Positions 11,162 through 21,373 of a stretch of 64,000 nt of DNA are shown piece after piece. The notes beneath the pieces are model-generated. The model was not told the DNA's origin. It saw only the letters and a list, made by a program, of their open reading frames with translations, and did no database searches. The stretch's first letter is position 1, and each line of letters starts with the position of its first letter. The stretch is from Polaromonas sp. (lineage in GTDB: Bacteria; Pseudomonadota; Gammaproteobacteria; Burkholderiales; Burkholderiaceae_C), in the NCBI GenBank assembly GCA_040381515.1, contig JBEIHE010000001.1, positions 5,841-69,840 of the forward strand. Reading direction: 5' to 3'. Position numbers and translations under genes: made by a program.

Positions 11162-12255
11162 GTCAATTGAGTATCCACGGTACGCCGTTCCAGGGCCATA
11201 AACTCAGCCGACTGCATTTCATGCAGACGCGAAGCGGTACGGGGAAATTCATGCGCCAGCGGGCCCTCGGTGTACAGACTCTGCGGCTGCGAGGCAGCCG
11301 ACATGATCAGTTTGACCCGTCGGTCATAAAGCACATCGACCAGCCAGGTAAAACGCCTCGCCTCCGAAGCCATGCGCGCGGGCATCTGGGGGACATCGGA
11401 GAGCAGGACCGTATGAAATTGGTTGGCTATTTCCAGATAGTCATTGTGCGACCGCGGGCCACCGCACAACTGCCTGAAGTCAAACCACACCACCCCACCG
11501 GCGCGACGCCGGGCACGAATCTCGCGGGCCTCGATGATCAGCACGGGATCCTCGTCCTGGCGCTCAGCGAGTCGCTCGAAAGCCTGGGCCATCTCGGCAT
11601 CGGCCTGCGCGCCCAGGGGGCAATGATAGAGCTTGAGCTGCTCCAGCGTTCGGCGCCGATAGTCGGTGCCGTTGTCCACGTTGATAACCTCCAGGCGCTC
11701 ATTGAGCATGGCGATGGCAGGCAGCAACCGGTCGCGGTGCAGACCACCAGGATACAGCCCATCGGGCTCGAAGTTGGAGGTGGTCACGAACCCAACTCCA
11801 TTGTCGAAAAGGGCGGCCAGCAAGCGATGAAGAATCATCGCATCGGTGATATCGGCCACATGGAATTCATCGAAGCAGATCAGCTTGTAGCGCTGGGCCA
11901 CGCGCTTGCCCAACTCGTCCAGCGGATTGACGGTCCCCTGAAGTTCACGCAACTGGCGATGCACCTCACGCATGAACTCATGGAAATGCAAACGCGTCTT
12001 GCGACGTATCGGCACGGCCTTAAAAAAGCAGTCCATCAGAAAGCTCTTGCCCCGCCCCACGCCCCCGTACAAATAGACCCCCCGGGGGATTTCAGGTCGG
12101 CTGATGAACTTCGTGAGCAGGTTCGATCGCTTGGCCTTGTAATGCGCCCACTCCTGGGCACAGCGCTCCAGGGCCGCCACAGCCCGCAACTGGGCCGGAT
12201 CGCTTTGATAGCCCCGCGCCTGGAGTTCGGCTTGATAGGCGGCAAGAACGGACAT
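11158..12255 (-). CDS. zapE: Cell division ATPase ZapE (AFG1 family)
   Basis: GVYLYGGVGRGKSFLMD, ICFDEFHV, EARRFTWLVDVLYD. Start re-picked at MSVLAAY. Confidence 0.95.
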   Translation of the reverse strand: MSVLAAYQAELQARGYQSDPAQLRAVAALERCAQEWAHYKAKRSNLLTKFISRPEIPRGVYLYGGVGRGKSFLMDCFFKAVPIRRKTRLHFHEFMREVHRQLRELQGTVNPLDELGKRVAQRYKLICFDEFHVADITDAMILHRLLAALFDNGVGFVTTSNFEPDGLYPGGLHRDRLLPAIAMLNERLEVINVDNGTDYRRRTLEQLKLYHCPLGAQADAEMAQAFERLAERQDEDPVLIIEAREIRARRRAGGVVWFDFRQLCGGPRSHNDYLEIANQFHTVLLSDVPQMPARMASEARRFTWLVDVLYDRRVKLIMSAASQPQSLYTEGPLAHEFPRTASRLHEMQSAEFMALERRTVDTQLT

Positions 12256-12270
12256 AGGGTTTGAGCTCAG

Positions 12271-12300
12271 AAAGAACGAAGCCCGGGACCGGCCCGGGCT
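12271..12300 (-). terminator. Probable intrinsic terminator after lpdA
   Basis: Minus strand gcccggg-ccggt-cccgggc followed by ttcgttcttt. Confidence 0.6.
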
Positions 12301-12343
12301 CGAGACTTTAACCCCAAAGCATGGCCAGCGGCTTGCCTGCAGC

Positions 12344-13771
12344 TTAGAAGTTGAGTGTGCGTTTATCAACAGCCAAGGCCGCCTCCTTGGTGGCCTCACT
12401 CAAGGAGGGATGGGCATGGCAGATGCGGGCAATATCCTCGGCAGATGCGCGGAACTCCATGGCCACCACCGCCTCGGCGATCAGCTCTGAAGCCATCGGA
12501 CCGACGATATGGACGCCCAAGATCTCGTCGGTCTTGGCATCGGCGAGGAACTTGACCATGCCGGTGGTATCGCCCAGAGCGCGTGCACGACCGTTGGCCA
12601 GGAAGGGGAAGGTGCCGGCCTTGTAAGCCACCCCCTCAGCCTTGAGCTGCTGCTCGGTCCGGCCCACCCAGGCGATCTCGGGGCTGGTGTAGATCACCCA
12701 GGGGATGGTGTTGAAATTGACATGACCATGCTGGCCTGCAATGCGCTCGGCCACGGCCACGCCCTCCTCTTCGGCCTTGTGGGCCAGCATAGGCCCGCGC
12801 ACCACATCACCCACCGCCCAGACACCAGGCAGGTTGGTCTTGCAATCGTTATCAACCACAATCGCGCCGCGTTCATCGAGCTGCAGACCTACGGCCTCCC
12901 CATTGAGGCCCGTGGTGTTGGGTACACGACCAATGGAGACGATCAGCTTGTCGGCCTCGAGCGTCTGGGCCTCTCCCTTGGCATTTGCATAGGCAATGCT
13001 CACGCCCTTCTTACTCGACTTGACCTCGCCGACCTTCACGCCCAGCTCTATCTTCAGACCCTGCTTGTCAAAGGCCTTCTTGGCCTCCTTGGCGATCTGT
13101 TCATCGACCGCCCCCAAGAAGGTGGGCAAGCCCTCCAGAATGGTCACCTCAGCGCCCAGGCGGCGCCAGACTGAACCCATTTCCAAGCCGATCACACCAG
13201 AACCGATCAAGGCCAGCTTCTTGGGCACCGTGCCGATGCGAAGCGCGCCATCGTTGGACAGCACGGTCTCCTCATCAAAAGGTACACCGGGCAACGCACG
13301 TGCATTCGAGCCCGTAGCGACGATCACCTGTTTGCCCAGCAAGGTCTCTTCAGCCGCGCCACTGACCTTGATCTCGTAGCCACCCTCGGCCGCCTTGATG
13401 AAGGAGCCACGGCCGTGAAAGAAAGCCACCTTGTTCTTCTTGAAGAGATACAAAATTCCGTCGTTGTTCTGCTTGACCACCGTGTCCTTGCGCGAGAGCA
13501 TCTTGGCCACATCAATCTTGACGTCCTTGGCGGTGATGCCGTGGTCCGCAAAATGATGGTTCGCATGGTCAAAGTGCTCTGAGGACTGCAGCAAGGCCTT
13601 GGATGGAATGCAGCCCACATTGGTACAGGTGCCGCCTGGAGCCGGACCACCCGCGGCATTTTTCCACTCGTCAATACACGCCACATTCATGCCCAATTGG
13701 GCTGCACGGATGGCCGCGATGTAGCCGCCCGGACCGCCGCCGATGACGATGACGTCAAATGATTTGCTCAT
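12344..13771 (-). CDS. lpdA: Dihydrolipoamide dehydrogenase (E3)
   Basis: GGGPGG FAD motif, [13 protein letters not shown] redox disulfide, HAHPSLSE. Confidence 0.98.
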   Translation of the reverse strand: MSKSFDVIVIGGGPGGYIAAIRAAQLGMNVACIDEWKNAAGGPAPGGTCTNVGCIPSKALLQSSEHFDHANHHFADHGITAKDVKIDVAKMLSRKDTVVKQNNDGILYLFKKNKVAFFHGRGSFIKAAEGGYEIKVSGAAEETLLGKQVIVATGSNARALPGVPFDEETVLSNDGALRIGTVPKKLALIGSGVIGLEMGSVWRRLGAEVTILEGLPTFLGAVDEQIAKEAKKAFDKQGLKIELGVKVGEVKSSKKGVSIAYANAKGEAQTLEADKLIVSIGRVPNTTGLNGEAVGLQLDERGAIVVDNDCKTNLPGVWAVGDVVRGPMLAHKAEEEGVAVAERIAGQHGHVNFNTIPWVIYTSPEIAWVGRTEQQLKAEGVAYKAGTFPFLANGRARALGDTTGMVKFLADAKTDEILGVHIVGPMASELIAEAVVAMEFRASAEDIARICHAHPSLSEATKEAALAVDKRTLNF

Positions 13772-13904
13772 GATTTTTCCGCAAGAGTAGAAAGGTCAGA
13801 AAGAATGCGCTTTTAGCCGCTGTCCCTCAGGGAGGGACAGCCCAACCGGTCGGCGGCAGATCCAGCGCGACGAACCGACCGGGCCTGGCAAGAAGCCGAG
13901 AGTC

Positions 13905-15173
13905 TCAAATGTCGAACAGCAGACGCGCAGGATCCTCCAGCGCCTCTTTCATGGCCACCAACCCCAGCACAGCCTCGCGGCCGTCGATGATGCGGTGGTC
14001 GTAGCTCATGGCCAGGTAGTTCATCGGGCGGATCACGATCTGACCGTTCTCCACCACCGCCCGGTCCTTGGTCGCATGCACGCCAAGAATGGCCGATTGC
14101 GGCGGGTTGATGATGGGGGTGGACAACATCGAACCGAAAGTGCCCCCATTGGAGATGGAGAAGGTGCCGCCGGTCATCTCCTCGATGCCGAGCTTGCCGT
14201 CACGTGCTTTGGCGCCGTATTCGGCAATCTTTTTCTCGATATCGGCAAAACTCATCTGGTCGGCGTTGCGCAGAATCGGCACCACCAGGCCACGGGGGGA
14301 GCCCACCGCGATACCGATGTCGAAGTAGCCGTGGTAGACGATGTCGTTGCCATCGACCGAAGCGTTGAGCACCGGGAATTTCTTGAGGGCATGCACCGCC
14401 GCCTTGACGAAAAAGCTCATGAAGCCGATCTTGACGCCGTGCTCCTTCTCGAACTTCTCCTGAAAGCGCTTGCGCATCTCCATCACTGGCGCCATGTTCA
14501 CCTCGTTGAAGGTGGTCAGGATGGCGTTGGTAGCCTGAGACTGCAACAGACGTTCGGCAATGCGGGCCCGCAGACGCGTCATGGGCACCCGCTGCTCGGG
14601 ACGCTGCCCCAGATCCAGGGAGGGGCCCGCCACCTGAGGCAGTGCCGCCGTCGGGATGCCAGTGGGGATGGGGGAGGCGGCCAAGGCCGGCTTAGCCGCT
14701 CCAGCCGCCACTGCCGCGATCACATCGCCCTTGGTCACTCGACCGTCACGACCGGTACCCGGCACCGAGCCCGGGGGCAACTGCTGGTCGGCCATCCACT
14801 TGGCCGCAGCCGGCATGGCCACACCCGCCATGGAGGCCGCAGCCGCCACCGGGGCAGCCGTCGGCGCGGCCGCGGGCGCGGCAGCGCTGGCTGGCGCAGG
14901 GGCAGCCGCCGGCGCATCAGCGCCAGCCACAGCAGCGGTGTCAATCCGCGCGATCAGCTGATTGGCCACCACCGTGCCTCCATCTCCGACCAACAACTCG
15001 GTCAGTACCCCGGCTGCCGGAGCCGGCACCTCCATCACCACCTTGTCGGTTTCGATGTCGATCAGGATTTCATCGGCGGCTACAGCCTGCCCGGCCTTTT
15101 TCTTCCACTGCAGCAGGGTGGCCTCTGCCACGGACTCGGAGAGCTGCGGAACCTTGACTTCTACGATTGCCAT
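13905..15173 (-). CDS. sucB: 2-oxoglutarate dehydrogenase E2 (dihydrolipoamide succinyltransferase)
   Basis: Lipoyl domain [20 protein letters not shown]3-binding region, SYDHRIIDG. Confidence 0.98.
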   Translation of the reverse strand: MAIVEVKVPQLSESVAEATLLQWKKKAGQAVAADEILIDIETDKVVMEVPAPAAGVLTELLVGDGGTVVANQLIARIDTAAVAGADAPAAAPAPASAAAPAAAPTAAPVAAAASMAGVAMPAAAKWMADQQLPPGSVPGTGRDGRVTKGDVIAAVAAGAAKPALAASPIPTGIPTAALPQVAGPSLDLGQRPEQRVPMTRLRARIAERLLQSQATNAILTTFNEVNMAPVMEMRKRFQEKFEKEHGVKIGFMSFFVKAAVHALKKFPVLNASVDGNDIVYHGYFDIGIAVGSPRGLVVPILRNADQMSFADIEKKIAEYGAKARDGKLGIEEMTGGTFSISNGGTFGSMLSTPIINPPQSAILGVHATKDRAVVENGQIVIRPMNYLAMSYDHRIIDGREAVLGLVAMKEALEDPARLLFDI

Positions 15174-15229
15174 ATCTTGTATCTCTGTGTTGATTGAACG
15201 CGAGCCTGTTCAGAATCGATCCCGCAGGA

Positions 15230-18097
15230 TCACTTGGACAGCACGAAGCCCTTGAGCTTGCCGAAGGCCGCCTCGATCAGGGCCTTTTGCTGGTCCTGAT
15301 GCAGGTGCGAGTACCCCACGGCTGGAGAGGCCGACGCGGCGCGACCGGCATAACCCAGCCGCTGGCCTTCCGTCATGTTCTCGTGAATGTTGTGCTGGAT
15401 AAAGAACCACGCCCCCTGGTTTTGCGGTTCATCCTGGCACCAGACGATCTCGGTGGCATTCGGATATTTTTTGATCTCGGCGCCAAAGGCCTTGTGCGGG
15501 AAGGGGTAGAGCTGCTCGATGCGCACAACCGCCACATCGTCGGCTCCCTTGTCCTCGCGCTTTTTCATCAGGTCGTAGTAGACCTTGCCCGAGCAGGCGA
15601 TGACCCGACGGACCTTGTCAGCCCGCAGCTCGCGGGTCTCGCCGATGACGGTTTGAAAGCCACCCTTGGTGAATTCCGAAAGCGGCGATGTCGCATCCTT
15701 GTTGCGCAGCAAGGATTTGGGCGTAAAGATCACCAAGGGCTTGCGCAGGTTGCGCACCATCTGACGACGCAGCACATGAAAGATCTGGCTGGCGGTGGTG
15801 GGCTGAACGATCTGCATATTGGTGTCGGCGGCCAGCTGCATGAACCGCTCCACCCGCGCCGAACTGTGCTCCGGCCCCTGCCCCTCGTAGCCGTGCGGCA
15901 GCATCAGGGTGATGCCATTGACGCGGCCCCACTTGACCTCGCCAGAGGCAATGAACTGATCGATCACCACCTGGGCCCCATTGGCGAAATCGCCGAATTG
16001 CGCCTCCCAGATCACCAGCGTGTTGGGGTCATTGGAAGCGTATCCGTACTCGTAGGCCAGCACCGCTTCTTCAGAAAGGATGGAGTCGATCACCACGAAG
16101 GGCGCCTGATTCTCCGCCACGTTCTGCAGCGGCACATAGGTACCGGTGTCCCACTTCTCACGATTCTGGTCATGGATCACCGCATGACGGTGGGTGAAGG
16201 TGCCCCGCCCGCTGTCCTCACCGCTGAGCCGCACCGGGTAACCACTGGCCACCAGAGAGGCGAAGGCCATGTGCTCGCCCATGCCCCAGTCGACATTGAC
16301 ATCGCCCCGACCCATGGCCGCACGGTCGTCATAAACCTTTTTGACCAGTTGGTGTGGGGTGATGGAAGGCGGGATGGTGGTGATCTTCTCGGCCAGGCGC
16401 TTCCACTCGGTCAGGGGAATGGCGGTATCGGCCGAATCGGTCCACTTCTTGCCGAGGAAGGGCGACCAGTCCACCGAGAACTTGCTCTTGAAATTGGTCA
16501 GCACCGGGTCAACCGTGTGCTTGCCCGCATCCAGTGCAGCCCGGTAGGCCTTGACCATGTCATCGCCCAGGGTCTGCCCCAGCCCCTGGGCTGCGAGCTT
16601 GTCGGCATAGAGCTTGCGGGTGCCCGGATGCTGGCTGATCTTCTTGTACATCAGGGGCTGGGTCAGGCTTGGCGTGTCCTGCTCGTTGTGACCGAGCTTG
16701 CGAAAGCAGGTGATGTCCACCACCACATCGGCGGAGAAAGTCATTCGGTATTCGAGCGCCAATTGCGCTGCCAGTACCACCGCCTCGGGGTCGTCTCCGT
16801 TGACATGCAGCACCGGTGCCTCGACCATCTTGAAGATATCGGTACAGAAGAGCGTTGAACGCAAATCACGCGGATCAGAAGTGGTAAAGCCAATCTGGTT
16901 GTTGATGATGATGTGCACCGTGCCGCCGGTGGAATAGCCACGGGTCTGGGCCAGGCACAACGTTTCCTGGTTAACGCCCTGCCCGCCCACGGCCGCATCG
17001 CCATGCACCAGCACGGGCAACACCTGCGAGCCCTTGGGGTCGTCGCGCCGGTCCATGCGGGCGCGCACCGATCCCTCGACCACCGGATTGACGATTTCCA
17101 GGTGCGAGGGGTTGAAGGCCAAGCTCAGGTGAACCGGGCCGCCAGGGGTGGAGACATCGGAGCTGAAGCCCTGGTGGTACTTCACATCACCGGCGGGAAG
17201 ATCTTCAGGCGCGGTATGGTCAAACTCGGCGAACAAGTCCTTGGGCATCTTGCCCAGGGTGTTGACCAACACATTGAGTCGGCCACGGTGAGCCATGCCA
17301 ATCACGATCTCCTGAACCCCCTGTGCACCGGCCTGCTGGATCAGCTCATCCATGGCCGCGATGAAGCTCTCTCCGCCTTCGAGGGAAAACCGCTTCTGGC
17401 CCACATATTTGGTGTGCAGGTATCGCTCAAGCCCCTCGGCGGCGGTCAAACGGTCCAGGATGTGCTTCTTCTTTTCGGCATTGAAGGTCGGCTTGCTGCG
17501 CAGCGATTCGAGCTTTTGCTGCCACCAGCGCTTTTGCGTCATGTCGGTGGTGTACATGTACTCCACGCCCAGGGTGCCGCAATAGGTCTCGCGCAGCGCA
17601 TTCATGAGCTCTCGCAGGCTCATCCGGTCCTTGCCGAAGAAGGTATTGCTGATGTCGAACACCGTCTCCTGGTCTGCATCAGCAAAACCATAGAAGGAAG
17701 GTTCCAGTTCAGGGATAGGCGGGCGCTCGGTGCGCTTGAGCGGATCGAGATCAGCCCAGCGCTGGCCGACGTTGCGATACGCAGCGATCAATTGCTGGAC
17801 TGCAGTGCGCTTGCGCCCCATCTCGGCGTCGGCGCTGGCCATGATGACCCGGGTGCCGCCCTGCTTGGCGCGGTCGGCGAAGGCGTTGACCACCGGCAGA
17901 TGCGGCACGTCCTTGGCGTCGGTGCCGTCGACGGCCGGCACATGCTGAAGCGCATCAAAATACCCGCGCCAATTTTCGGGCACGCTGCCAGGGTTGGCCA
18001 GATAGTTCTCGTACATCTCTTCGACATAAGGCGCGTTGCCCCCGAAGAGATAGGTATTGCCTTGATAGGCGGCGTAGACGGACCGAGACTCGCTCAT
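15230..18097 (-). CDS. sucA: 2-oxoglutarate dehydrogenase E1
   Basis: KRFSLEGGE, GMAHRGRLNVL, HGDAAV, WEAQFGDFANGAQ, GPEHSSAR. Confidence 0.98.
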   Translation of the reverse strand: MSESRSVYAAYQGNTYLFGGNAPYVEEMYENYLANPGSVPENWRGYFDALQHVPAVDGTDAKDVPHLPVVNAFADRAKQGGTRVIMASADAEMGRKRTAVQQLIAAYRNVGQRWADLDPLKRTERPPIPELEPSFYGFADADQETVFDISNTFFGKDRMSLRELMNALRETYCGTLGVEYMYTTDMTQKRWWQQKLESLRSKPTFNAEKKKHILDRLTAAEGLERYLHTKYVGQKRFSLEGGESFIAAMDELIQQAGAQGVQEIVIGMAHRGRLNVLVNTLGKMPKDLFAEFDHTAPEDLPAGDVKYHQGFSSDVSTPGGPVHLSLAFNPSHLEIVNPVVEGSVRARMDRRDDPKGSQVLPVLVHGDAAVGGQGVNQETLCLAQTRGYSTGGTVHIIINNQIGFTTSDPRDLRSTLFCTDIFKMVEAPVLHVNGDDPEAVVLAAQLALEYRMTFSADVVVDITCFRKLGHNEQDTPSLTQPLMYKKISQHPGTRKLYADKLAAQGLGQTLGDDMVKAYRAALDAGKHTVDPVLTNFKSKFSVDWSPFLGKKWTDSADTAIPLTEWKRLAEKITTIPPSITPHQLVKKVYDDRAAMGRGDVNVDWGMGEHMAFASLVASGYPVRLSGEDSGRGTFTHRHAVIHDQNREKWDTGTYVPLQNVAENQAPFVVIDSILSEEAVLAYEYGYASNDPNTLVIWEAQFGDFANGAQVVIDQFIASGEVKWGRVNGITLMLPHGYEGQGPEHSSARVERFMQLAADTNMQIVQPTTASQIFHVLRRQMVRNLRKPLVIFTPKSLLRNKDATSPLSEFTKGGFQTVIGETRELRADKVRRVIACSGKVYYDLMKKREDKGADDVAVVRIEQLYPFPHKAFGAEIKKYPNATEIVWCQDEPQNQGAWFFIQHNIHENMTEGQRLGYAGRAASASPAVGYSHLHQDQQKALIEAAFGKLKGFVLSK

Positions 18098-18130
18098 GAT
18101 TCGCTGACCTCCGCTTCCCTTGAGGAAGCA

Positions 18131-18210
18131 TTAGCGGGTTAAAAACACCTTCCGCGACACGGCTTGACCGGTTGGCGGATGCGACTGTGGCTTAGGAAGG
18201 ACCTGTGACA
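18131..18210 (-). ncRNA. sucA RNA motif (cis-regulatory candidate in the sucA 5' UTR)
   Basis: Minus strand ...CCTAAGCCACAGTCGCATCCGCCAACCGGTCAAGCCGTGTCGCGGAAGG...AACCCGC directly upstream of sucA resembles the Burkholderiales sucA motif as recalled; TACAAT -10 at 18225-18230; GGAGG SD at 18108-18112. Boundaries approximate. Confidence 0.75.
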
Positions 18211-18313
18211 GACGATGCGCCGCGATTGTAGCGGGGTCGGCGCCCAAAAACCCACAAAATCAGCGCCCCGCTCAGGCGAGCTGCGACAAACGAAGACCCA
18301 TGCCCTGAGGGGC

Positions 18314-20242
18314 TCAGCCCACCAGCCGCTGCCGGATCTGCTCGAGCGCCGATGGGTCGTCCAAGGTGGTCAGATCCCCCGGATCCCGTCCCTCGCAAAC
18401 GGCCTGTATGGCCCGGCGCAGTAACTTGCCGCTGCGGGTCTTGGGCAGGACGGTGACAAAGCGAACGCGGGACGGCCGGGCCACGGCGCCAAGGTCACCG
18501 TCCACCCGCTTCATGATTTCCCCTTCGAGCTTCATGGAGGCCTGCGCATCTGAAGCCACGCTTGCATCCTTGAGCACTGCAAAGGCCATGGCCACCTGAC
18601 CCTTCAAATGGTCAGCCACGCCCACCACCGCCACCTCGGCCACCAGGGGATGACCGGAGATGCTTTCTTCGATTTCGCGCGTACCCAGACGATGACCCGC
18701 CACATTGATCACATCGTCCGTGCGGCCGAGGATGAAGAAGTATCCATCGGCATCACGAATGCCCCAATCGAAAGTGCTGTAGACCATCTTACCGGGCACA
18801 CTCTGCCAATAGGTCTTGACGTAGCGCGCGTCATCGCGCCAGACCGTCTGCATGAAGCCTGGCGGTGTTGGCCCCTCAATACAAACCACCCCTTTTTCGC
18901 CCGGTGCCGTGAGTTCTTCGCCGGTGGCCTCATGCAGCAGCTTGACCTTGTAGCCGTACATCGGGATACCGGGGCTGCCAAAGCGCGGCTGCATGCGCTC
19001 CACCGGGTTGGCCAGGGTCAGGATCGGCCAGCCGCTCTCGGTCTGCCAGTAGTTGTCGATGATGGGGACACCCAGCCCCTCGCTGATCCAGCGGGCAGTG
19101 GGCTCATCCAAGGGCTCGCCGGCCAGAAACAAGGCCCGCAGGGAGCTCAGGTCATGCTTCTTGAGAAGGGCTGGATCCTGCTTTTTCAGCACCCGCACAG
19201 CGGTCGGAGCGCTGAACATGCCGGTGACCCTGTATTTTTCGACCAAACTCCACCAGATCGCCCCATTCGGCTGACCATCCATCCCCTGGGTAGGCAGCCC
19301 CTCGTACATGAGGGTGGCCATGCCGGCGATCAGGGGCCCATAGATGATGTAGCTGTGGCCCACCACCCATCCAATGTCGCTGGTCGAAAAAAAAGCTTCT
19401 CCAGGCCGGCCGTCAAAGATGTGTTTCATCGACGCGGCCAGCGCCACCGCATAGCCTCCCGTATCGCGCTGTACGCCCTTGGGTTTGCCGGTAGTGCCGC
19501 TGGTGTAGATGGTGTAGCTGATGTCGGTGCTGTCCAATGGCTCGCAGGGCACCTGGCTGTGCAGGTGGCGCTGCCGCAATTCGCTCCAAAGATGATCCCG
19601 ACCGGCCACCCGGTCCATTGGGGCCAGCCCCCGATCGGTCAGCAGCACCGCCTCGGGCTTGTGTGCCGAAAGCCGAATTGCCTCATCAAGCAGGGGCTTG
19701 TAGGCAATGGCCTTGCCGCCTCGCGAGCCACCATCGCTGCTGACGATCACCCGTGGCTGGGCATCCTCGATACGCGAGGCCAGCGAGCCGCTTGCAAAAC
19801 CGCCAAAAACCACACAGTGAATCGCCCCGATGCGAGCGCAGGCCAGCATCGCAAAGGCCGCCTCGGCAATCATGGGCATGTAGATCAACACCCGGTCGCC
19901 CTTGACCACCCCCAAGGACTGAAGCACCGCCGCCATGCGCTGAACCTCCTGATGCAGCTCGGCGAAGGTGTAGACACGCTCATGACCCGTCTCGGTGGAA
20001 ATGGCAATCAGGGCAGCCTGCTGCGCGCGGTCCTTGAGATGTCGGTCCACCGCGTTGTGGCACAAATTGACCCGCCCGCCCTCAAACCAGCGGGCGAAGG
20101 GAGGATTGTCCCAGTTGCAGATCCGCTGCGGCGGCGCGAACCAATCAATCAGGCGGGCTTGCTCTGCCCAGAAGGTATCGGGCTGCTCGATCGACTGCCG
20201 GTGAAAGTCGGCAAAACGAGGGCCGAGTGTGCTTGCAGACAT
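18314..20242 (-). CDS. prpE: Propionate--CoA ligase (acyl-CoA synthetase)
   Basis: IYTSGTTGKPKGVQRD, SDIGWVVGHSY, DNYWQTESGW, LPKTRSGKLLRR; PrpE-type N-terminus. Confidence 0.9.
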   Translation of the reverse strand: MSASTLGPRFADFHRQSIEQPDTFWAEQARLIDWFAPPQRICNWDNPPFARWFEGGRVNLCHNAVDRHLKDRAQQAALIAISTETGHERVYTFAELHQEVQRMAAVLQSLGVVKGDRVLIYMPMIAEAAFAMLACARIGAIHCVVFGGFASGSLASRIEDAQPRVIVSSDGGSRGGKAIAYKPLLDEAIRLSAHKPEAVLLTDRGLAPMDRVAGRDHLWSELRQRHLHSQVPCEPLDSTDISYTIYTSGTTGKPKGVQRDTGGYAVALAASMKHIFDGRPGEAFFSTSDIGWVVGHSYIIYGPLIAGMATLMYEGLPTQGMDGQPNGAIWWSLVEKYRVTGMFSAPTAVRVLKKQDPALLKKHDLSSLRALFLAGEPLDEPTARWISEGLGVPIIDNYWQTESGWPILTLANPVERMQPRFGSPGIPMYGYKVKLLHEATGEELTAPGEKGVVCIEGPTPPGFMQTVWRDDARYVKTYWQSVPGKMVYSTFDWGIRDADGYFFILGRTDDVINVAGHRLGTREIEESISGHPLVAEVAVVGVADHLKGQVAMAFAVLKDASVASDAQASMKLEGEIMKRVDGDLGAVARPSRVRFVTVLPKTRSGKLLRRAIQAVCEGRDPGDLTTLDDPSALEQIRQRLVG

Positions 20243-20271
20243 AGGGTCACTCCCTTCGATTCAATGCGAAC

Positions 20272-21249
20272 TCAAATCTTCACCACAATTCGGCCTCGCA
20301 CCTTGCCTTGCATCAAGGCCTGAGCGTACTCAACCGCCTGTTCAATCGTGATCTCGGTGATCATCGTCTCCAGCAGCGACAGATCCAGGTCTCGAGCCAG
20401 GCGCTGCCATGCGCGCTGTCGTCGCTCGAGCGGCGCCATGACGCTGTCGACCCCAAGGAGGCTGACACCGCGAAGAATGAAGGGCATCACACTGGCGGGT
20501 AAATCGGCCCCCTGCGCCAGACCGCAGGCGGCCACCGCCCCACCGTAACGGGTCTGGGCACAGGCGTTGGCAAGAGTGTGCGAGCCCACTGCGTCAACCA
20601 CGCCGGCCCAGCGCTCTTTTTGCAGCGGTTTGCCGGGCGCCGACAGGCTCGATCTATCGATCACCGTGCGTGCTCCCAATTGCCGCAGATAGCCTTCTTC
20701 CTCGGCTTTACCGGTTGCAGCCACCACCTCATAACCGAGCTTGGAGAGTAAGGCCACCGCAACCGATCCCACGCCACCACTGGCGCCGGTCACCAGGACT
20801 TCGCCGGCGCCCGGCTTGAGTCCCTGGGCCTCGAGGGCCATCACACAGAGCATGGCGGTGTAACCCGCCGTACCGACGGCCATCGCCTGCCGGCTGGTCC
20901 AGCCCTCGGGCAGTTCGACCAGCCACTGACCCATCAAGCTGGCGCGCTCGGCCATCAGACCCCAGCGAGTCTCCCCCAGGCCCCAGCCGTTGTGAATGAA
21001 GCGGGCGCCACTGCGCCAACGCGGGTCCGAAGAGGACAGCACCACGCCCGCACCGTCAATGCCAGCCACCATGGGCCAGCTGCGCACCACCGGACTGCGG
21101 TTGGTGATAGCCAGAGCGTCCTTGTAATTGAGCGTCGAATACTCCATCCGGGCCTGAACATCACCGGCTGGCAATAGAGCCTCATCGAGGGACGCGAGCG
21201 CGGCAGAAAACACCTCATCCTGCTTGCTCAGTTGTAAGGCCTTGAACAT
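20272..21249 (-). CDS. acuI: MDR-family oxidoreductase YhdH/AcuI (acryloyl-CoA reductase-like)
   Basis: YSTLNYKDALA, GIDGAG, AMAVGTAGYTAML, TGASGGVGS, PFILRGVSLLGVDSV. Start re-picked at MFKALQL. Confidence 0.85.
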   Translation of the reverse strand: MFKALQLSKQDEVFSAALASLDEALLPAGDVQARMEYSTLNYKDALAITNRSPVVRSWPMVAGIDGAGVVLSSSDPRWRSGARFIHNGWGLGETRWGLMAERASLMGQWLVELPEGWTSRQAMAVGTAGYTAMLCVMALEAQGLKPGAGEVLVTGASGGVGSVAVALLSKLGYEVVAATGKAEEEGYLRQLGARTVIDRSSLSAPGKPLQKERWAGVVDAVGSHTLANACAQTRYGGAVAACGLAQGADLPASVMPFILRGVSLLGVDSVMAPLERRQRAWQRLARDLDLSLLETMITEITIEQAVEYAQALMQGKVRGRIVVKI

Positions 21250-21373
21250 GGTTCGTCTCCTCCAGCCAGCCCTTGAGGCTGGCCGGCAATTGTGATGACT
21301 CAATTATCGAAAACGGCCTTTCGGAAGACTGACTGAAGGCCCACCCAACAAGCCCGTCATGATGCAAAGGCCT

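Noticed and set aside
13995-20323. Plus-strand ORFs of 400-571 aa opposite sucB, sucA and prpE
   Set aside because: Shadow ORFs with no motifs; the minus-strand genes are canonical.
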